Both the position numbers and the translations under genes were made by a program. The notes beneath the pieces are model-generated. The model searched no databases. It had not been told where the DNA came from and worked only from the letters and a program-made list of their open reading frames with translations. Shown in pieces: positions 40,073 through 52,610 of a stretch of DNA of 64,000 nucleotides; the first letter of the stretch is position 1, and every line of letters starts with the position of its first letter. The DNA is from Eledone cirrhosa (lineage: Eukaryota), in contig OZ024742.1 of the NCBI GenBank assembly GCA_964016885.1, positions 301,382,001 to 301,446,000 of the forward strand. The letters run 5' to 3'.

Positions 40073-40527
40073 ATTGCCAAATAATTCTGAAGGTGTGCAA
40101 CCACTTTTGTCTCAGGTGGCAGGACACACTGTCTTCTGGAATGGTGAATTAGTCACTGGGGAGAGAAACAAAATTGTATAATAATAATAATGATTTCTTT
40201 ACTGATCACTAGGGCCCACATATATAGGGAACAATATAAAAAGACAAGGACATTGGGGGTTTATAATAAAATTGTGTAAAAATAATTAACAATAAATTAC
40301 AACAATAAAAATTTCCCAATAGGTGGGGGAGAACCACCCAGGGGCGACTCAGGTACTCCACACCAATCCTGAACCATCCAATGCTTCTGTGCATGCTCAG
40401 GTAGGCTCATTTACAAGTGCATGCTCAGAGTAGGCTCATTTACACGGGTCATTCTTGCCACATTCACCCACCTTTTAGCAAATGTACTGAGGGTGGGGCA
40501 GTACTTCCTGTCCAAGTGAAACAATTA

Positions 40528-41095
40528 ATAATTGTTTCTACTTTAGGTACAAGGCCAGCAATTTGATTAGATCGACCCCAGTACATTACTGGTGCTTTAT
40601 TTTATCGACCCCGTAAGGATGAAAGGTAAAGCTAACCTCGGAGGGATTTGAGCTCAGAACATAAAGGGCCATAACTCTATACTGCAAAGCATGGTGTCTG
40701 ACACTCTACCAATACTGCCAATCCACCACCCTTTTAATGATTTCTGATTTAGGCACAAGGCCAACAATCTTGGAGGAGGAGAAAGTTGATTAATCGACCC
40801 CAGTGTGTTACTGGTACTTTATTTTATTGACCCCATAAAGATGGAAGGCAAAGCTAACCTAAGTGGAATTTGAACTCAGAACGTAAAGGGCCATAATTAT
40901 ATGTCACAAAGCTTGTTGTCCGATGTTCTACCGATACTGTCAAAATAATAATTATTTCTCATATTGATACAAGGCCAGCAATTTCTTTTAGAGAAGAAGG
41001 AAGTTGATTATACCAATGCCAACACATTACTGGCACTTTATTTTATCAACCCTGGAAGGATGAAAGGCAAAGTTGACCTCGGTGGGATTTGAACA
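40528..41095 (-). mobile_element. Three tandem Meta-type SINEs
   Basis: Same family as 9495-10165, arranged head-to-tail. Confidence 0.8.
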
Positions 41096-41189
41096 TAAAC
41101 TACTTATGTGAGATACTTATATGAGATAAAGTGTTTACTGTGAAAATACAATAGTAAATAAAGAGTAATGTAAATGCTAAAGGGTTAAA

Positions 41190-41460
41190 AGAGGTAGATA
41201 TGATAGAAGCGAGGTAGACATGATAGAAGCGAGGTAGATATGATATAAGGGAGGTAGATATGACCTAAGAGAAATAGATGTGACCTAAGAGAGGCAGATA
41301 TGACCTAAGTGGTGCAGATACGACCTACAAGGAGTAGCTATGACCTAAGAGGAGTATATATGATATAAGGGAGGTTGATATGACGTAAGAGAGATAGATA
41401 TGATATAAAGGAGGTAGATATGATATAAGGGAGGTAGATACGATATAAAAAGATAGATAA
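41190..41460. repeat. 20-bp minisatellite GAGGTAGATATGATATAAGG
   Basis: About 13 units. Confidence 0.9.
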
Positions 41461-41676
41461 CTCAGTTGAATTCTTTCTTGTTTGAAAATGTTCCCTGATG
41501 ATTTGAAATTTTCACAATTCAAAATGTTGAATTTTGCTCAATGATAAATGGTTCTTTATCTAATTTGCGTTTCCCAAATATAATTTGTATATATATCAAT
41601 ATATATATGTACATACACACATACATATACTTATCATCATCATCATCATTATATATACACATATACATATCCAAAT

Positions 41677-41719
<43 letters not shown>

Positions 41720-41722
<3 letters not shown>

Positions 41723-42505
41723 TCATCATCATTGTTTAACATCCATTTTCCATGCTAGCATGGGTTGGACGGTTTTGTCCAACTTCAGTCGAGATTGGTC
41801 GGGAGACCGTGTCTCGCTTGTACAGAACTGTTTCTGGCAGGTTTTCTATGGTTTGATGCCCTTCCTAACACCAACCACATTTACAGTGTGGACTGGGAGA
41901 CTTTTTACCGTGTCTCCTACACGACCACTTTACAGTGGCAGGTTTTCTACAGCTGGACGCCCTTCTTAACACCAACCACATTTACAATGTGGACGGAGCC
42001 TTTTTACCGTTTCTCCTACATGACCATTTTACAGTGTGGACTGGGTGCTTTTTGTCGTGTCACCTATACGACCACTTTACAGTAGACGGAAGTGGGAGGA
42101 TGGAGTAGGTGTGTGTGGTGGGGGTGTATATTGGGTTAAGAGGTGCCTACTGACTGTAGGTTTAAGTTTGTATGCAAGGGAAGGTAGGCCTTCTGTATAA
42201 CTGCATAGCGCCAAAGATCTCAATCCAGTGACATTGTCTTAGAGAGGTGTAAGTGAGCAAGGGCAGTTTTTATCACCTCGTCCCAGGTTTTTCTTGGTCT
42301 ACCCACTCCGTAGCTTCCATCAATTTTGATCACTCTGCACTTTTTTATACAGCTGTTGTCCTTCATACGCATCACATGTCCATACCAACGCAATCTCCTC
42401 TCCTGCCCACAACATTTGATACCTCTTATGTTTAGTCTCTCTCTCTCTCTCATCAGAGCGTGCAAGCTTCGTTTCTTTCTAATCTATGCAAGTCTTCTGC
42501 ACAAC
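41720..42505 (-). mobile_element. 5'-truncated RTE LINE
   Basis: ORF 42220..42465 RLRWYGHVMRMKDNSCIKK...GRPRKTW; 3' UTR with duplicated units; (CAT)n tail. Confidence 0.85.
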
Positions 42506-43442
42506 GCAATATGTATATACATATATATATATATACATAGATACAAATATAAACACACACATTTATACACATACATACATGCACATATACACATATACAT
42601 ATATACATGCATACACATTCATACACATACATACATGCACATATACACATACATATATACATATATACAATCACACACACACACTTCCATGTTTTTATTG
42701 GACATGTGTGAGAATGTTCAGTGTTGTGTGGCATTAGGAATTGAGAGAAATATTTAAAGATATGACACATTCCCAACGGAACTTGTCAACATTGTTCTAC
42801 CTAAATGAACAGGTAAAACTTCCTTCAGGAATATCTTGCCTCCAAAAATTATTAGAGGGAAACTCCAACATTCGTAGCATGGGATTCTGTGTATTTGATT
42901 TTTGTTTTTGTTTTTCTCATTTAAAAAAATTCTATTAAAATAAACTTAAGAAGTCTTCCTGGAGGGATGGAACACAAAGATAAAGTAAAAACAATGACAA
43001 CTACTGCAAGTACAGCTAAAATAACAACAAACACTCTATATATTGATATACTAATAACAGAAAAACCAGGCGTTAAGGTATTAAGTGGGATTTCTAATTG
43101 ATATATCTATATATATCATCATCATTTTATGTCCGCTTTTCCCTGCTTGCAAGGGTAGGATGGGAACTGATTCTGGCTTGATTTCTACAGCTGGATGCCC
43201 TTCCTAACACCAACCTCATTTACAGTGAGTGCTGGGTGCTTTTTTTGCCGTGGCACCTCCACGACCACTTTGCAGTGGAATGATAAGGACCCCAGTCCCT
43301 ATCATCTCATTTCTACAGCTGAGTAAACTGGAGCAATGTGAAATAAAGTGTCATGCTCAAGGAAACAACACATCACCCGGTCTGAGAATTGAACTCACAA
43401 CCTTTCGATTGTAAAGCCATGTGCCTCCATATATATATATTC

Positions 43443-43474
<32 letters not shown>

Positions 43475-44698
43475 ATGTGTGTGTATATATATTATATATA
43501 TATGTATATATATATATATAGTTAGAGAAGCAAAAAATTGCTTATTGTGATCCAGTTCGTGGTTAAGAAAGCCAGTTTCATGGATGGTTTCAACGTACGG
43601 TTAGGGGTAACTCCACAAGTTTGTAAGAATTCCGTTCAATCTTGGAGTATAAAGTATAAAAGAGAAAACACAGGTAAGCATTAAGAGAAGGATTTTATCC
43701 AGGTATTTACGACCGTTTCATTGGGAAGTGCAACCTTATATTGCTATACTGCAAATAGCAGCCACTCAATTCGAACCCTTAACCTCTCACTACCAACTGA
43801 CAAACTGCATATACTTAGACTTTATACCCTCTTGTTGTACCTAAACCCTTTTAATTACCCACAAAACCAATACATATATCCCCCTCTTCTCCCTCATTCC
43901 TCTTCTATTTCTTCGTTTTCTTCCTTCCTTCCCTCCCCTTCTTGGCTATCTTTTCTTTTCTTCTTTCTCACCCCCTTCTTTGCTTTTATTTTTGTCATTA
44001 TTATCTTTATCGTTATTTTTTAACAAAATCCTTTCCATTCTACTTCTTATAATTTACTTTAAATATATATATCATGCTACCTCGAAAGTCAAAAATCCCG
44101 CTCATACACCCCTCACCCACCATTTTCTTCACGAGGGGTTGCGGTCAGCCACTCTCTCTCTCTCTCTCTCCCCCTTCCCACTCTCTCTCTCTCTCTCTTA
44201 GCTACACACACACACACACACATATATATATAAGATAAATTCCCGTTCATGTTTATTCACTTTCGCCAAACAATTGCTGCTTCAACTACCCCTACTACGG
44301 TGTAACCATGTAATCGTAACGTTCACGTTTTTCCTATCTCCTCCACACACCACAATTTCGTACAAACATCCAATCCCGCAAAATCCGAAATCTGTATTTT
44401 TTGTTATTTATTAAGGTTTAAATACGGTGTTTTTGTCGTATTGAACAGAACAAATCTTGCAGTTTTGCTTTTTGTTACTCGCTGGTAAACATTCATAACC
44501 TTCCAGCTAGCTACCCCACTTCCCTCCCACCCGCCCCCACACACCACCATTCTTAATACGTGGACCAATCATAAGCCAGAGACCCCCCCCCCCACACGCA
44601 TCACCATTATTACTATAAGCCAGAGACCCCCCCCCCACACGCATCACCATTATTATTATTACGCGGACCAATCATAAGCCAGAGGCCTATACTATCGC

Positions 44699-47600
44699 TT
44701 GCACGGTTGCCTTCGATATATGATGGATGGATGGACGGACTGCGGAATCCTGGAGAGTGGAGGGGAGAGAAAAATCTGGACGCTCAGAGCGAAAATGCCA
44801 ATGCTAAAGTCAAATTCACCTCGTGGACGAGAATGCGAGCACTCTTCTTTGTTTCGCCCGCGGATGGCTAACATAACCCCATCTCCCCCCGCCCCACACC
44901 ACCCCCACCCTCCAAACGCGATCCAAAACTTCAGAGTTGGTACCATAAATGTAGGCACCCTAAAGGGGCGCGCTAACGAGGTTGTAGAAATGCTTGAACG
45001 TAAGGAGGTCGATGTTTGTTGTATTCAAGAGACCAGGTGGAGGGGTGGGTCTGCTAGATTCATTGAGGGTAAAAAACGATGTTATAAGCTTTTCTGGGTG
45101 GGAAACGACGATGGGCTGGGTGGAGTAGGAATCATGGTAGCAGAAAAGTGGGCGGATAAGATAATAGACGTAAATAGAGTGAACGACAGAATAATTAAAA
45201 TACGACTTGTCCTCAATAGAACTACGGTGACAGTAATATCTGCGTATGCACCCCAATCCGGACTGCCCGGCACTATAAAAGACAGATTCTATGAGACACT
45301 GATGCTCACTACCTCCCAAATATCTGACAGTGACTATATAATTATTGCAGGCGACCTAAATGGTCACGTTGGGCAACATTGTGACGGCTACGACGAAATC
45401 CATGGAGGCTATGGGTTTGGTACTAGAAATGAGGAAGGCTCCAGAATCCTGGAATTCTGTGATGCAAATAACCTAACTATCTGTAACACTAACTTCAAAA
45501 AACGTGACAATCACCTGATCACCTATAGATCCGGGGAACACACAAGCCAGGTAGATTATATCCTTACCAGAAGACGTGACAGAGTGTCTGTTGTAAACAC
45601 TAAATCCCTCCCCCATGAAGAATGCACCTCCCAACATAGACTGATAATTAGCGACCTCATAGTCAGGTCGAGACGTACTCGACAGCAGAAGAGGACTATC
45701 CTCAGGAGAAAAATATGGAAGCTAAAGGACCCCACAGCCAAAAATAAATTTCAAAACATATTACTTGATGCTTTCGACAGTAAGGAAGAACACTTAGAGT
45801 CGGACAATATAGAGGGACAGTGGGAATTTCTGAAAGCAAACCTGCTGTTGGCCACAGACGAAGTCTGTGGCTGGAGCAGGCCTGTAGGCAGGAGGAGAGT
45901 AACATGGTGGTGGAACAGTAAGGTGGAGGAGTCAATTAAGGCCAAAAAGCAGGCTTGGAAAGTATGGCGGGATGGGGGAAGTAGAGTAGACTATCAAGTG
46001 GCCAGGAGGGAAGCTAGGAGAGAAGTGTACTTAGCAAGAAGGGAAGCTGAGGAAAGAAAGTTCAAGCATGTCCTACAACGCGATGACCAAAAACGTGAGG
46101 TGTTCAGGATTGCTAGGCAATGCGTCAAGGAAAACCGTGATATTGTCGGGGAGAAGTGTGTACTTAACGATGATGGCATACTTGCCATCACCGACACTGA
46201 TAAGAAGGCAGCTTGGAAGTGTCACTATGAAAGGCTACTAAATGAGGAGAATAAATGGGAGAAAGACAGTCTCCCCCATGTCGACCCAATAGAGGGACCA
46301 GCAGTGTTAGTCGAGGGGAGTATAATAAGTAAGGCAATCAAGGATATGAAGACAGGTAAGGCGGCTGGGCCATCGGAAATAGTTGCTGAGATGCTGAAGG
46401 CATCTGGCACGGTGGGACACACCATGGTCACCCGCATAGTTAACCAAGTCGTACAGAATGGGGCTGTTCCGAAGGACTGGCATAGCAGCATCATCGTTAA
46501 CTGTTATAAGGGTAAAGGAGACGCCCTAGATAGGAGTAACTATAGAGGCATTAAATTAATCGACCAGGTCATGAAGGTCACAGAAAAAGTAATAGCGCAA
46601 CTAATCAGAGAGAGAATTGACCTAGATGAAATGCAGTTCGGGTTTGTGTCAGGCAAAAGTACCACAGACGCTCTTTTCATAGTACGACAACTACAGGAGA
46701 AGTACCTAGCTAAAGGTAAACCCCTCTACTTAGCTTTTGTCGACTTGGAGAAAGCCTTCGACAGAGTCCCCCGCTCCATTATCTGGTGGGCTCTTAGAAA
46801 ACTAGGCGTTGACGAATGGCTTGTGAGGGCTATACAAGCCATGTATAAAGAAACAGTCAGCAAGGTTAGAATTAACAACGAATATAGTGAAGAGTTTAGC
46901 GTAAAAGTTGGCGTCCATCAGGGCTCTGTTCTCAGCCCCCTACTATTTATTATTGCCCTTCAGGCTATAACAGAGGAGTTCAAGACAGGCTGCCCATGGG
47001 AACTCCTATACGCAGACGACCTGACACTCATAGCGGAATCAATGGCCGAGCTAGAGAAGAAATTCCAAACATGGAAGCACGGCCTAGAGTCAAAAGGACT
47101 TAAAATTAACCTGGCTAAGACCAAAGTTCTAGTTTGTAGGAAAGAAAACAAGGCGGCGGTCCCTTCTGGGAAATGGTCGTGCTCGGTGTGTAGGAAAGGC
47201 GTAGGTAGAAACTCCATTTTGTGTCCTAAATGCAAAGTATGGGTGCATAAAAGATGTAGTGGGATCACAGGTAAGCTAACTAAGAACATAGATTTTACAT
47301 GTGGCCGGTGTTCTGGTGCAATAAGTAGCAGCAAGTGCCCACACAATACTAGCTCTTTCAATTGCGCAGAGGGTTCTATAGAAATAGTGGACAGCTTCCG
47401 TTACCTGGGCGATAAAATCAGCAGTGGGGGAGGGTGCTCTGAAAGTACTGTAGCTAGAGTCAGAACTGGTTGGAAAAAGTTCAGAGAGCTTATACCACTA
47501 TTAGCTGCTAAAGGGTTCTCCCTAAAAATGAAAGGCAGGTTGTACGATGCCTGCATACGAACAGCAATGTTGCATGGCAGTGAGACCTGGGCATTGTGTG

Positions 47601-47977
47601 CAGAGGATATACGCAGACTAGAGAGGAACGAAGCTTGCATGCTCCGCTGGATGTGTAACAGTAATATACGTGAACGGCAAAGCATAAACGAACTAAGGAA
47701 AAAATTAGAGATAAGAGGGATCAGATGTTGTTTACTCGAGAGAAGGCTACGTTGGTATGGACACGTGATGCGCATGAAAGTCGATAGCTGTATAACAAAG
47801 TGCAGGGCAATAAAGATAGACGGTAGCCACGGAATAGGCAGACCTAGAAAAACCTGGGACGAGCTGATAAACTCCGACCTCACACACTTACACCTCTCCA
47901 AGACAATGTCACTGGACCGAGACCTTTGGCGGTACTCAGTAACAGAGAAGACCCGCCTTGCCAGTAGGCATCTCTAA
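44699..47977 (+). CDS. RTE-clade LINE ORF: APE endonuclease, reverse transcriptase, PHD-like finger
   Basis: Uninterrupted 1092-codon frame with GTINVGTL, CIQETRW, IAGDLNGH, SQVDYIL, QFGF, FVDLEKAFDRV, GVHQGSVLSP, LLYADDL, FRYLG, RLRWYGHVMRM and GRPRKTW. The real start may be the ATG at ~44865 (MANITP). Confidence 0.95.
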   Translation: MHGCLRYMMDGWTDCGILESGGERKIWTLRAKMPMLKSNSPRGRECEHSSLFRPRMANITPSPPAPHHPHPPNAIQNFRVGTINVGTLKGRANEVVEMLERKEVDVCCIQETRWRGGSARFIEGKKRCYKLFWVGNDDGLGGVGIMVAEKWADKIIDVNRVNDRIIKIRLVLNRTTVTVISAYAPQSGLPGTIKDRFYETLMLTTSQISDSDYIIIAGDLNGHVGQHCDGYDEIHGGYGFGTRNEEGSRILEFCDANNLTICNTNFKKRDNHLITYRSGEHTSQVDYILTRRRDRVSVVNTKSLPHEECTSQHRLIISDLIVRSRRTRQQKRTILRRKIWKLKDPTAKNKFQNILLDAFDSKEEHLESDNIEGQWEFLKANLLLATDEVCGWSRPVGRRRVTWWWNSKVEESIKAKKQAWKVWRDGGSRVDYQVARREARREVYLARREAEERKFKHVLQRDDQKREVFRIARQCVKENRDIVGEKCVLNDDGILAITDTDKKAAWKCHYERLLNEENKWEKDSLPHVDPIEGPAVLVEGSIISKAIKDMKTGKAAGPSEIVAEMLKASGTVGHTMVTRIVNQVVQNGAVPKDWHSSIIVNCYKGKGDALDRSNYRGIKLIDQVMKVTEKVIAQLIRERIDLDEMQFGFVSGKSTTDALFIVRQLQEKYLAKGKPLYLAFVDLEKAFDRVPRSIIWWALRKLGVDEWLVRAIQAMYKETVSKVRINNEYSEEFSVKVGVHQGSVLSPLLFIIALQAITEEFKTGCPWELLYADDLTLIAESMAELEKKFQTWKHGLESKGLKINLAKTKVLVCRKENKAAVPSGKWSCSVCRKGVGRNSILCPKCKVWVHKRCSGITGKLTKNIDFTCGRCSGAISSSKCPHNTSSFNCAEGSIEIVDSFRYLGDKISSGGGCSESTVARVRTGWKKFRELIPLLAAKGFSLKMKGRLYDACIRTAMLHGSETWALCAEDIRRLERNEACMLRWMCNSNIRERQSINELRKKLEIRGIRCCLLERRLRWYGHVMRMKVDSCITKCRAIKIDGSHGIGRPRKTWDELINSDLTHLHLSKTMSLDRDLWRYSVTEKTRLASRHL

Positions 47978-48339
47978 CAAAATACACCCCGTCCCACCAC
48001 CACCACCCCCACCCCATCCACACCACCCCGTCCTATGTAAAGTTATGTTGGTGCCGCGCCATCCGGGCCGAAACAAATGAGATCGTGTAGGTGCCACGAC
48101 AAAAAAACACACAGTCCACGCTGTAATGTGGCCGTGTAGGCAACACGGTAAAAACCTCCCAGACCCACACTGTAAATGTGGTTGGTGTTAGGAAGGGCAT
48201 CCAACTGTAGAAAACCTGCCAGACAGTCCTATGCGAGCAAGACAATCACTCTTGCCTCAAGTGGGACTACCCCCGTCCAAACCCATGCAAGCGTGGAACA
48301 CGGACGTTAAACGTTGATGATGATGATGATGATGATGAT
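44721..48339 (+). mobile_element. Full-length RTE-type LINE with 3' UTR and (GAT)n tail
   Basis: The ORF above, then a ~360-bp 3' UTR ending ggacgttaaacgtt(gat)n, then (TA)n. The 5' boundary is approximate. Confidence 0.9.
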
Positions 48340-48376
48340 ATATATATATATATATTTATCTCTTTATATCTCCGCC

Positions 48377-48408
<32 letters not shown>

Positions 48409-48682
48409 ATCCCTCCCACTATGATCAATTTAATTCTCTTTAACTCACTACATTCCACATGAAGTCTGCTATCAAAACTGACCAAGGAATCCTTCCACCT
48501 CTACCCCTTCCTCCATCTCAGTTTGTCACTCTACTTCCTACCTCTTCCCCCTTCCTCTCTCTCTATACTATTCCATTTGTCCCCTCACCTTCTGATTCCT
48601 CTCTCTCTATACTAGTAAATACAATTCCAAATAAATGTTTTTCTCTATATATTAAGAATTATTTCAAAAGTAACTTACTCAC

Positions 48683-48781
48683 TATTTTGAAAATTTGGAC
48701 TGTGATCAACAATTATAATTGAGTGGCTGCTATTTGTATAGCAATATAAGGTTGCACTTACCAATGAAACGGTCGTAAATA
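48683..48781 (+). ncRNA. Variant type I hammerhead (U3-A8 core, long stem II)
   Basis: Stem I TATT/AATA, core TTGAAAA, ~72-nt stem II (TTGG/CCAA, GTG/CAC, AAC/GTT), GAAA, stem III AC-GGTC-GT, triplet GTA. Confidence 0.65.
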
Positions 48782-49033
48782 CCTGGATAAAATCCTTCTC
48801 TTAATGCTTACCTGTATTTTCTCTTTTATACTATATATATATATATATATATAAATTCATATATATATGGGATAACTCTGTTCGTGGTAAAATAATGTAT
48901 TGGAGATCGAGCAATGCAACTTCAAGCGATTAGCGACCTCTAGATTCACCTGATCAACGAAACAATTGTCAGTACTTGAAATAAAGCCCCTTATTGTACA
49001 GCCAACCATGTTACTCTTCATTCTTTCACTTTA

Positions 49034-49086
<53 letters not shown>

Positions 49087-49496
49087 AACTTTGATAGACT
49101 ATATATATGTGTTTGTGTCTATATTGTATCTGTATTTTTGACCATTCGTCAGACAATGGCAACATTGAGGACCGAATAAATTAAATTAACCGATATAAAA
49201 GACACAGAAGCGAAAACCAACCAAACAGTGAGTGTGTTCTGTTATTAATGCTGGCAATATTATTACACAAATATGACCCTCCCCAAGTATAACAATATTT
49301 GTTTCGACACACGATTTCATATAAAAAACCTCGCAAAACTAATTCATCGCCATATATATTCATATATATATTCAGTTCCCGTCCAACCCTTGCAAGCAGG
49401 GAAAAAGCGGACGTAAAATGAAATGAAATGAAATGAAATGAAATGAAATGAAATGAAATGAAATGAAATGAAATGAAATATATATATATATATAAA

Positions 49497-50665
49497 AGAC
49501 TTATGGCGAAACTCTCTGCAATGGGTGTGAAGGATGATCTTTTTAACTGGTTGAAATCCATCATTCTCAGCTGAAAAGAGGTTGTCACGGTTCTAGGACA
49601 GCATTCTTCACCATATGAGATGTCATCTGGTGTACCACAGGGATCTGTTCTTGGTTCCCTTTTGTTTGTTACATACATTAATGACATAGATGCCAACTTA
49701 AAGAATGCCACAGTACTGAAATATGCAGATGACATCAAGCTGTACCTTGAAATCAAAAAGACAGATCCTGAAATCTATAATTCTTTCCTACAATCAGACC
49801 TGGACACAATGCAGCAATGGACCACAGACTGGCAACTGAAGCTGGCTGTGGACAAGTGTACCACCATGCATTTTGGGAGGAAAAATTCAGTGTCCACATA
49901 CTCCCTCCACAACACATATCAAGAAGTCCTCTTGTGAACATGACCTGGGCATTACTGTCAGCAGCGATTTGCATTGGACAAAGCATGTCTTTAAGATTGT
50001 CAAAAAGGCCGAGGGTGTCTTGGCATCACTCAGCAAGACCTTTGTTAGCCGCTCTCCAGCCATCTATTTAAAACTGTATACAGCTATGGTACGACCACAC
50101 TTGGAATTCGCATCATCAGTCTGGAACCCCTATCTTGCTCAGAACATTGACCTCCAGGAAACTGTTCAGAGATGTGCAACCAAGCGCATACCCTCCAATA
50201 GACACCTACCATACTCTGAACGCCTTGCTTCCCTGGGCATGGATTCATTGAAGCTCCGACGTCTGGCAATGGACTTGGTAGACACCCACAAAGTTATTAA
50301 CCATCTCGCCAACAACAACCCTGAGCACCTTTTTGATCTCCATGTGGATAACACACGTGGACATGTCTACAAAGTCAGAAAACAGCACAGCTCCCATGAC
50401 TTTTGGAAACATTTTTTCACACTTTGAGTTGCTGAAGCATGGAACAAACTGCCTGCATCAGTTGTTAGTTGCCGAGACACTGCATCCTTTAAAACTCTCA
50501 CCAAAACTACACTTGATGCCCCTCTTCCATACACATGCACACATGTGTATATCATGACTTATGCAATGTTCATTTTCCTGACGGTTGTACATTACCCTAT
50601 GTACTATACATACACTTTTGATGAGTGCACCTAAGCACTGTACACAATATTTTCATTATATTATA
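49497..50665 (+). mobile_element. CR1/L2-like LINE 3' fragment (same family as 5545-8010)
   Basis: SGVPQGSVLGSLLF..YADDIKL, RPHLEFASSVWNP, NTRGHVYK; the 3' end matches the 5545 copy. Confidence 0.9.
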
Positions 50666-50951
50666 ATATATATTTCATTGTCTGTTGTGTTTTTCTACTT
50701 TTCACACAAAGAAACGCACACACACAAACGAATACATATATATATATATATGCAAAAGTTTTATTTAAAATTGTTGGGTTACAACAAGTAAATATTTTAT
50801 AACTCATATAAAGCACTCAACAAGTTTTGGAGTAGATATACGATATTAAATAAGTAGATATACGATATTAACTACCAAACCAACTTCTTGCATAAAAGTT
50901 GATCAATATTTATGGTACGTCAAATTTATTTATAAAACTGTTTATATATTG

Positions 50952-51017
50952 TATTTTATCTGAAGAAGGCATGCCATATTTTTAATATGGTATCCCTGAA
51001 ATATGTATAATGAAATA
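50952..51017 (+). ncRNA. Type I hammerhead ribozyme fold
   Basis: Stem I TATTTTAT/ATGAAATA, CTGAAGA, stem II AGG-C-ATGCCATATT-TTT-AATATGGTAT-C-CCT, GAAA, stem III ATA-TG-TAT, triplet ATA. Confidence 0.85.
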
Positions 51018-51057
51018 AATATGGTTTTACAAATATAGTTTCCATTTGTTTAATATC

Positions 51058-51161
<104 letters not shown>

Positions 51162-51689
51162 AGGCACATGGCTTAGTGGTTAGAGCATTGGCCTTGCAAT
51201 CGAAGACCGGGTGATGTGTTGTGTCCTTGAGCAAGACACTTTATTTCAAATTGCTCCAGTTTACTCAGCTGTAGAAATGAGATGATAGGGACTGGGAGTC
51301 CATATCATTCCACTGTAGAGTGGTCGTGGAGGTGCCACGGCAAAAAAAGCACCCAGCCCACACTGTAAAGTGGACGTGGAGGCGCCACGGAAAAAAAGCG
51401 CCCACCACTCACTGTAAATGAGGTTGGTGTTAGGAAGGGCATCCAGCTGTAGAAATATATATCCTTATATATGCGTCTCTTTTATATATATTTTTTATAT
51501 ATATTTTTGTATATATATCTTTGTGTATTTTATGTGTTGTACGTTTATCCTTTGTTGAACATAGCTTGATAGCTTATGCATTTGCCAGTCTTATCTTCAC
51601 CCACACCTTCCTTTATGGTGTATATTTTACTCCATTTTCTTTGGTGTATTGTTGTTCTTTTATTTTTATCTATCTTCTGGTGTATATTT

Positions 51690-52500
51690 TAATTTACCTT
51701 TTATTATATTATTTTATTTTATTTTACTTTATTTTATTTTATTTTATTTTATTTTATCATATTTTTTATTTTTTATTATTTATTATTTATTATTTTTTAT
51801 TATTTTTTTTACTATTTATCTTTCATCGATTTTTTAGCTATTTTATCTATTTCTTATCTATTTTTTAACTATTTTTTAGCTATTTTTTATCTATTTTTAT
51901 CTATCTCTTATCTAATTTTTATTTATTATTTTTTATCTATCTTTTATCTATTTTTATCTACCTCTTATCTATTTTTTATCTATCTCTACCTCTTAACTTG
52001 TGCCCATCCGTATATGATATGTTATTTGTATTAGTGTATACTGTATGTGTTGCATACGGGTGCTTGTGTGTAGGTGCATGCGGGTGCTCATGCTTATGCA
52101 TATAATTGTATGTAGCTGTATGTTAACGTAACCTTGCCCAACTGTGAGTGATAACATCTCTTATTTTTTATTATTTATTTTTTATTTTTTATTTTTTATT
52201 TTTTATTTTTTATTTTTTATTTTTTATTTTTTATTTTTTATTTTTTATTTTTTATTTTTTATTTATTTATTATCTATTATTTTTTATTTTTTATTTATTA
52301 TTTTTCATTTTTCATTCTTCATTTTTCATTCTTATTTTTATTTTTATTATTAATAGCATTATTATTTTTATTATTATTATTATTATTTTTATTCTTAATC
52401 TTATTTTTTTTTTTAATTTTTTTTTTATTTTTTTTATTCTTAATATTTTTTATTTTTTATTCTTAATCTTATTCTTATTTTTATGTTTATTTTACTCCTC
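51690..52500. repeat. T-rich low-complexity tract (ATTTT, ATTTTTT) upstream of a hammerhead
   Basis: Strongly strand-biased T tract within a (TA)n-bounded segment, ~51456-52715. Confidence 0.85.
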
Positions 52501-52610
52501 TTATTTTACTCCCCTTATTTTGCTCCTTAAACTCCTCCCAACTTATGGTATCCCCACATATATATTCTTCTGTTTTGGCTTTGTCAATGCTTGTATACTT
52601 TGTATTTACT

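Noticed and set aside
44721-44865. Possible HDV-like ribozyme in the RTE 5' UTR (TTCACCTCGT)
   Set aside because: Could not build P1/P2/P3 pairing; needs a descriptor search.
48890-48980. CGAAACAATTGTC palindromic stem III in a TA-bounded segment
   Set aside because: Only the 3' half is present; no CUGANGA-type core found upstream.
49140-49355. Separate CTGACGA and GAAACAAATATTGTT strings on the minus strand
   Set aside because: Wrong order and spacing to assemble one convincing fold.
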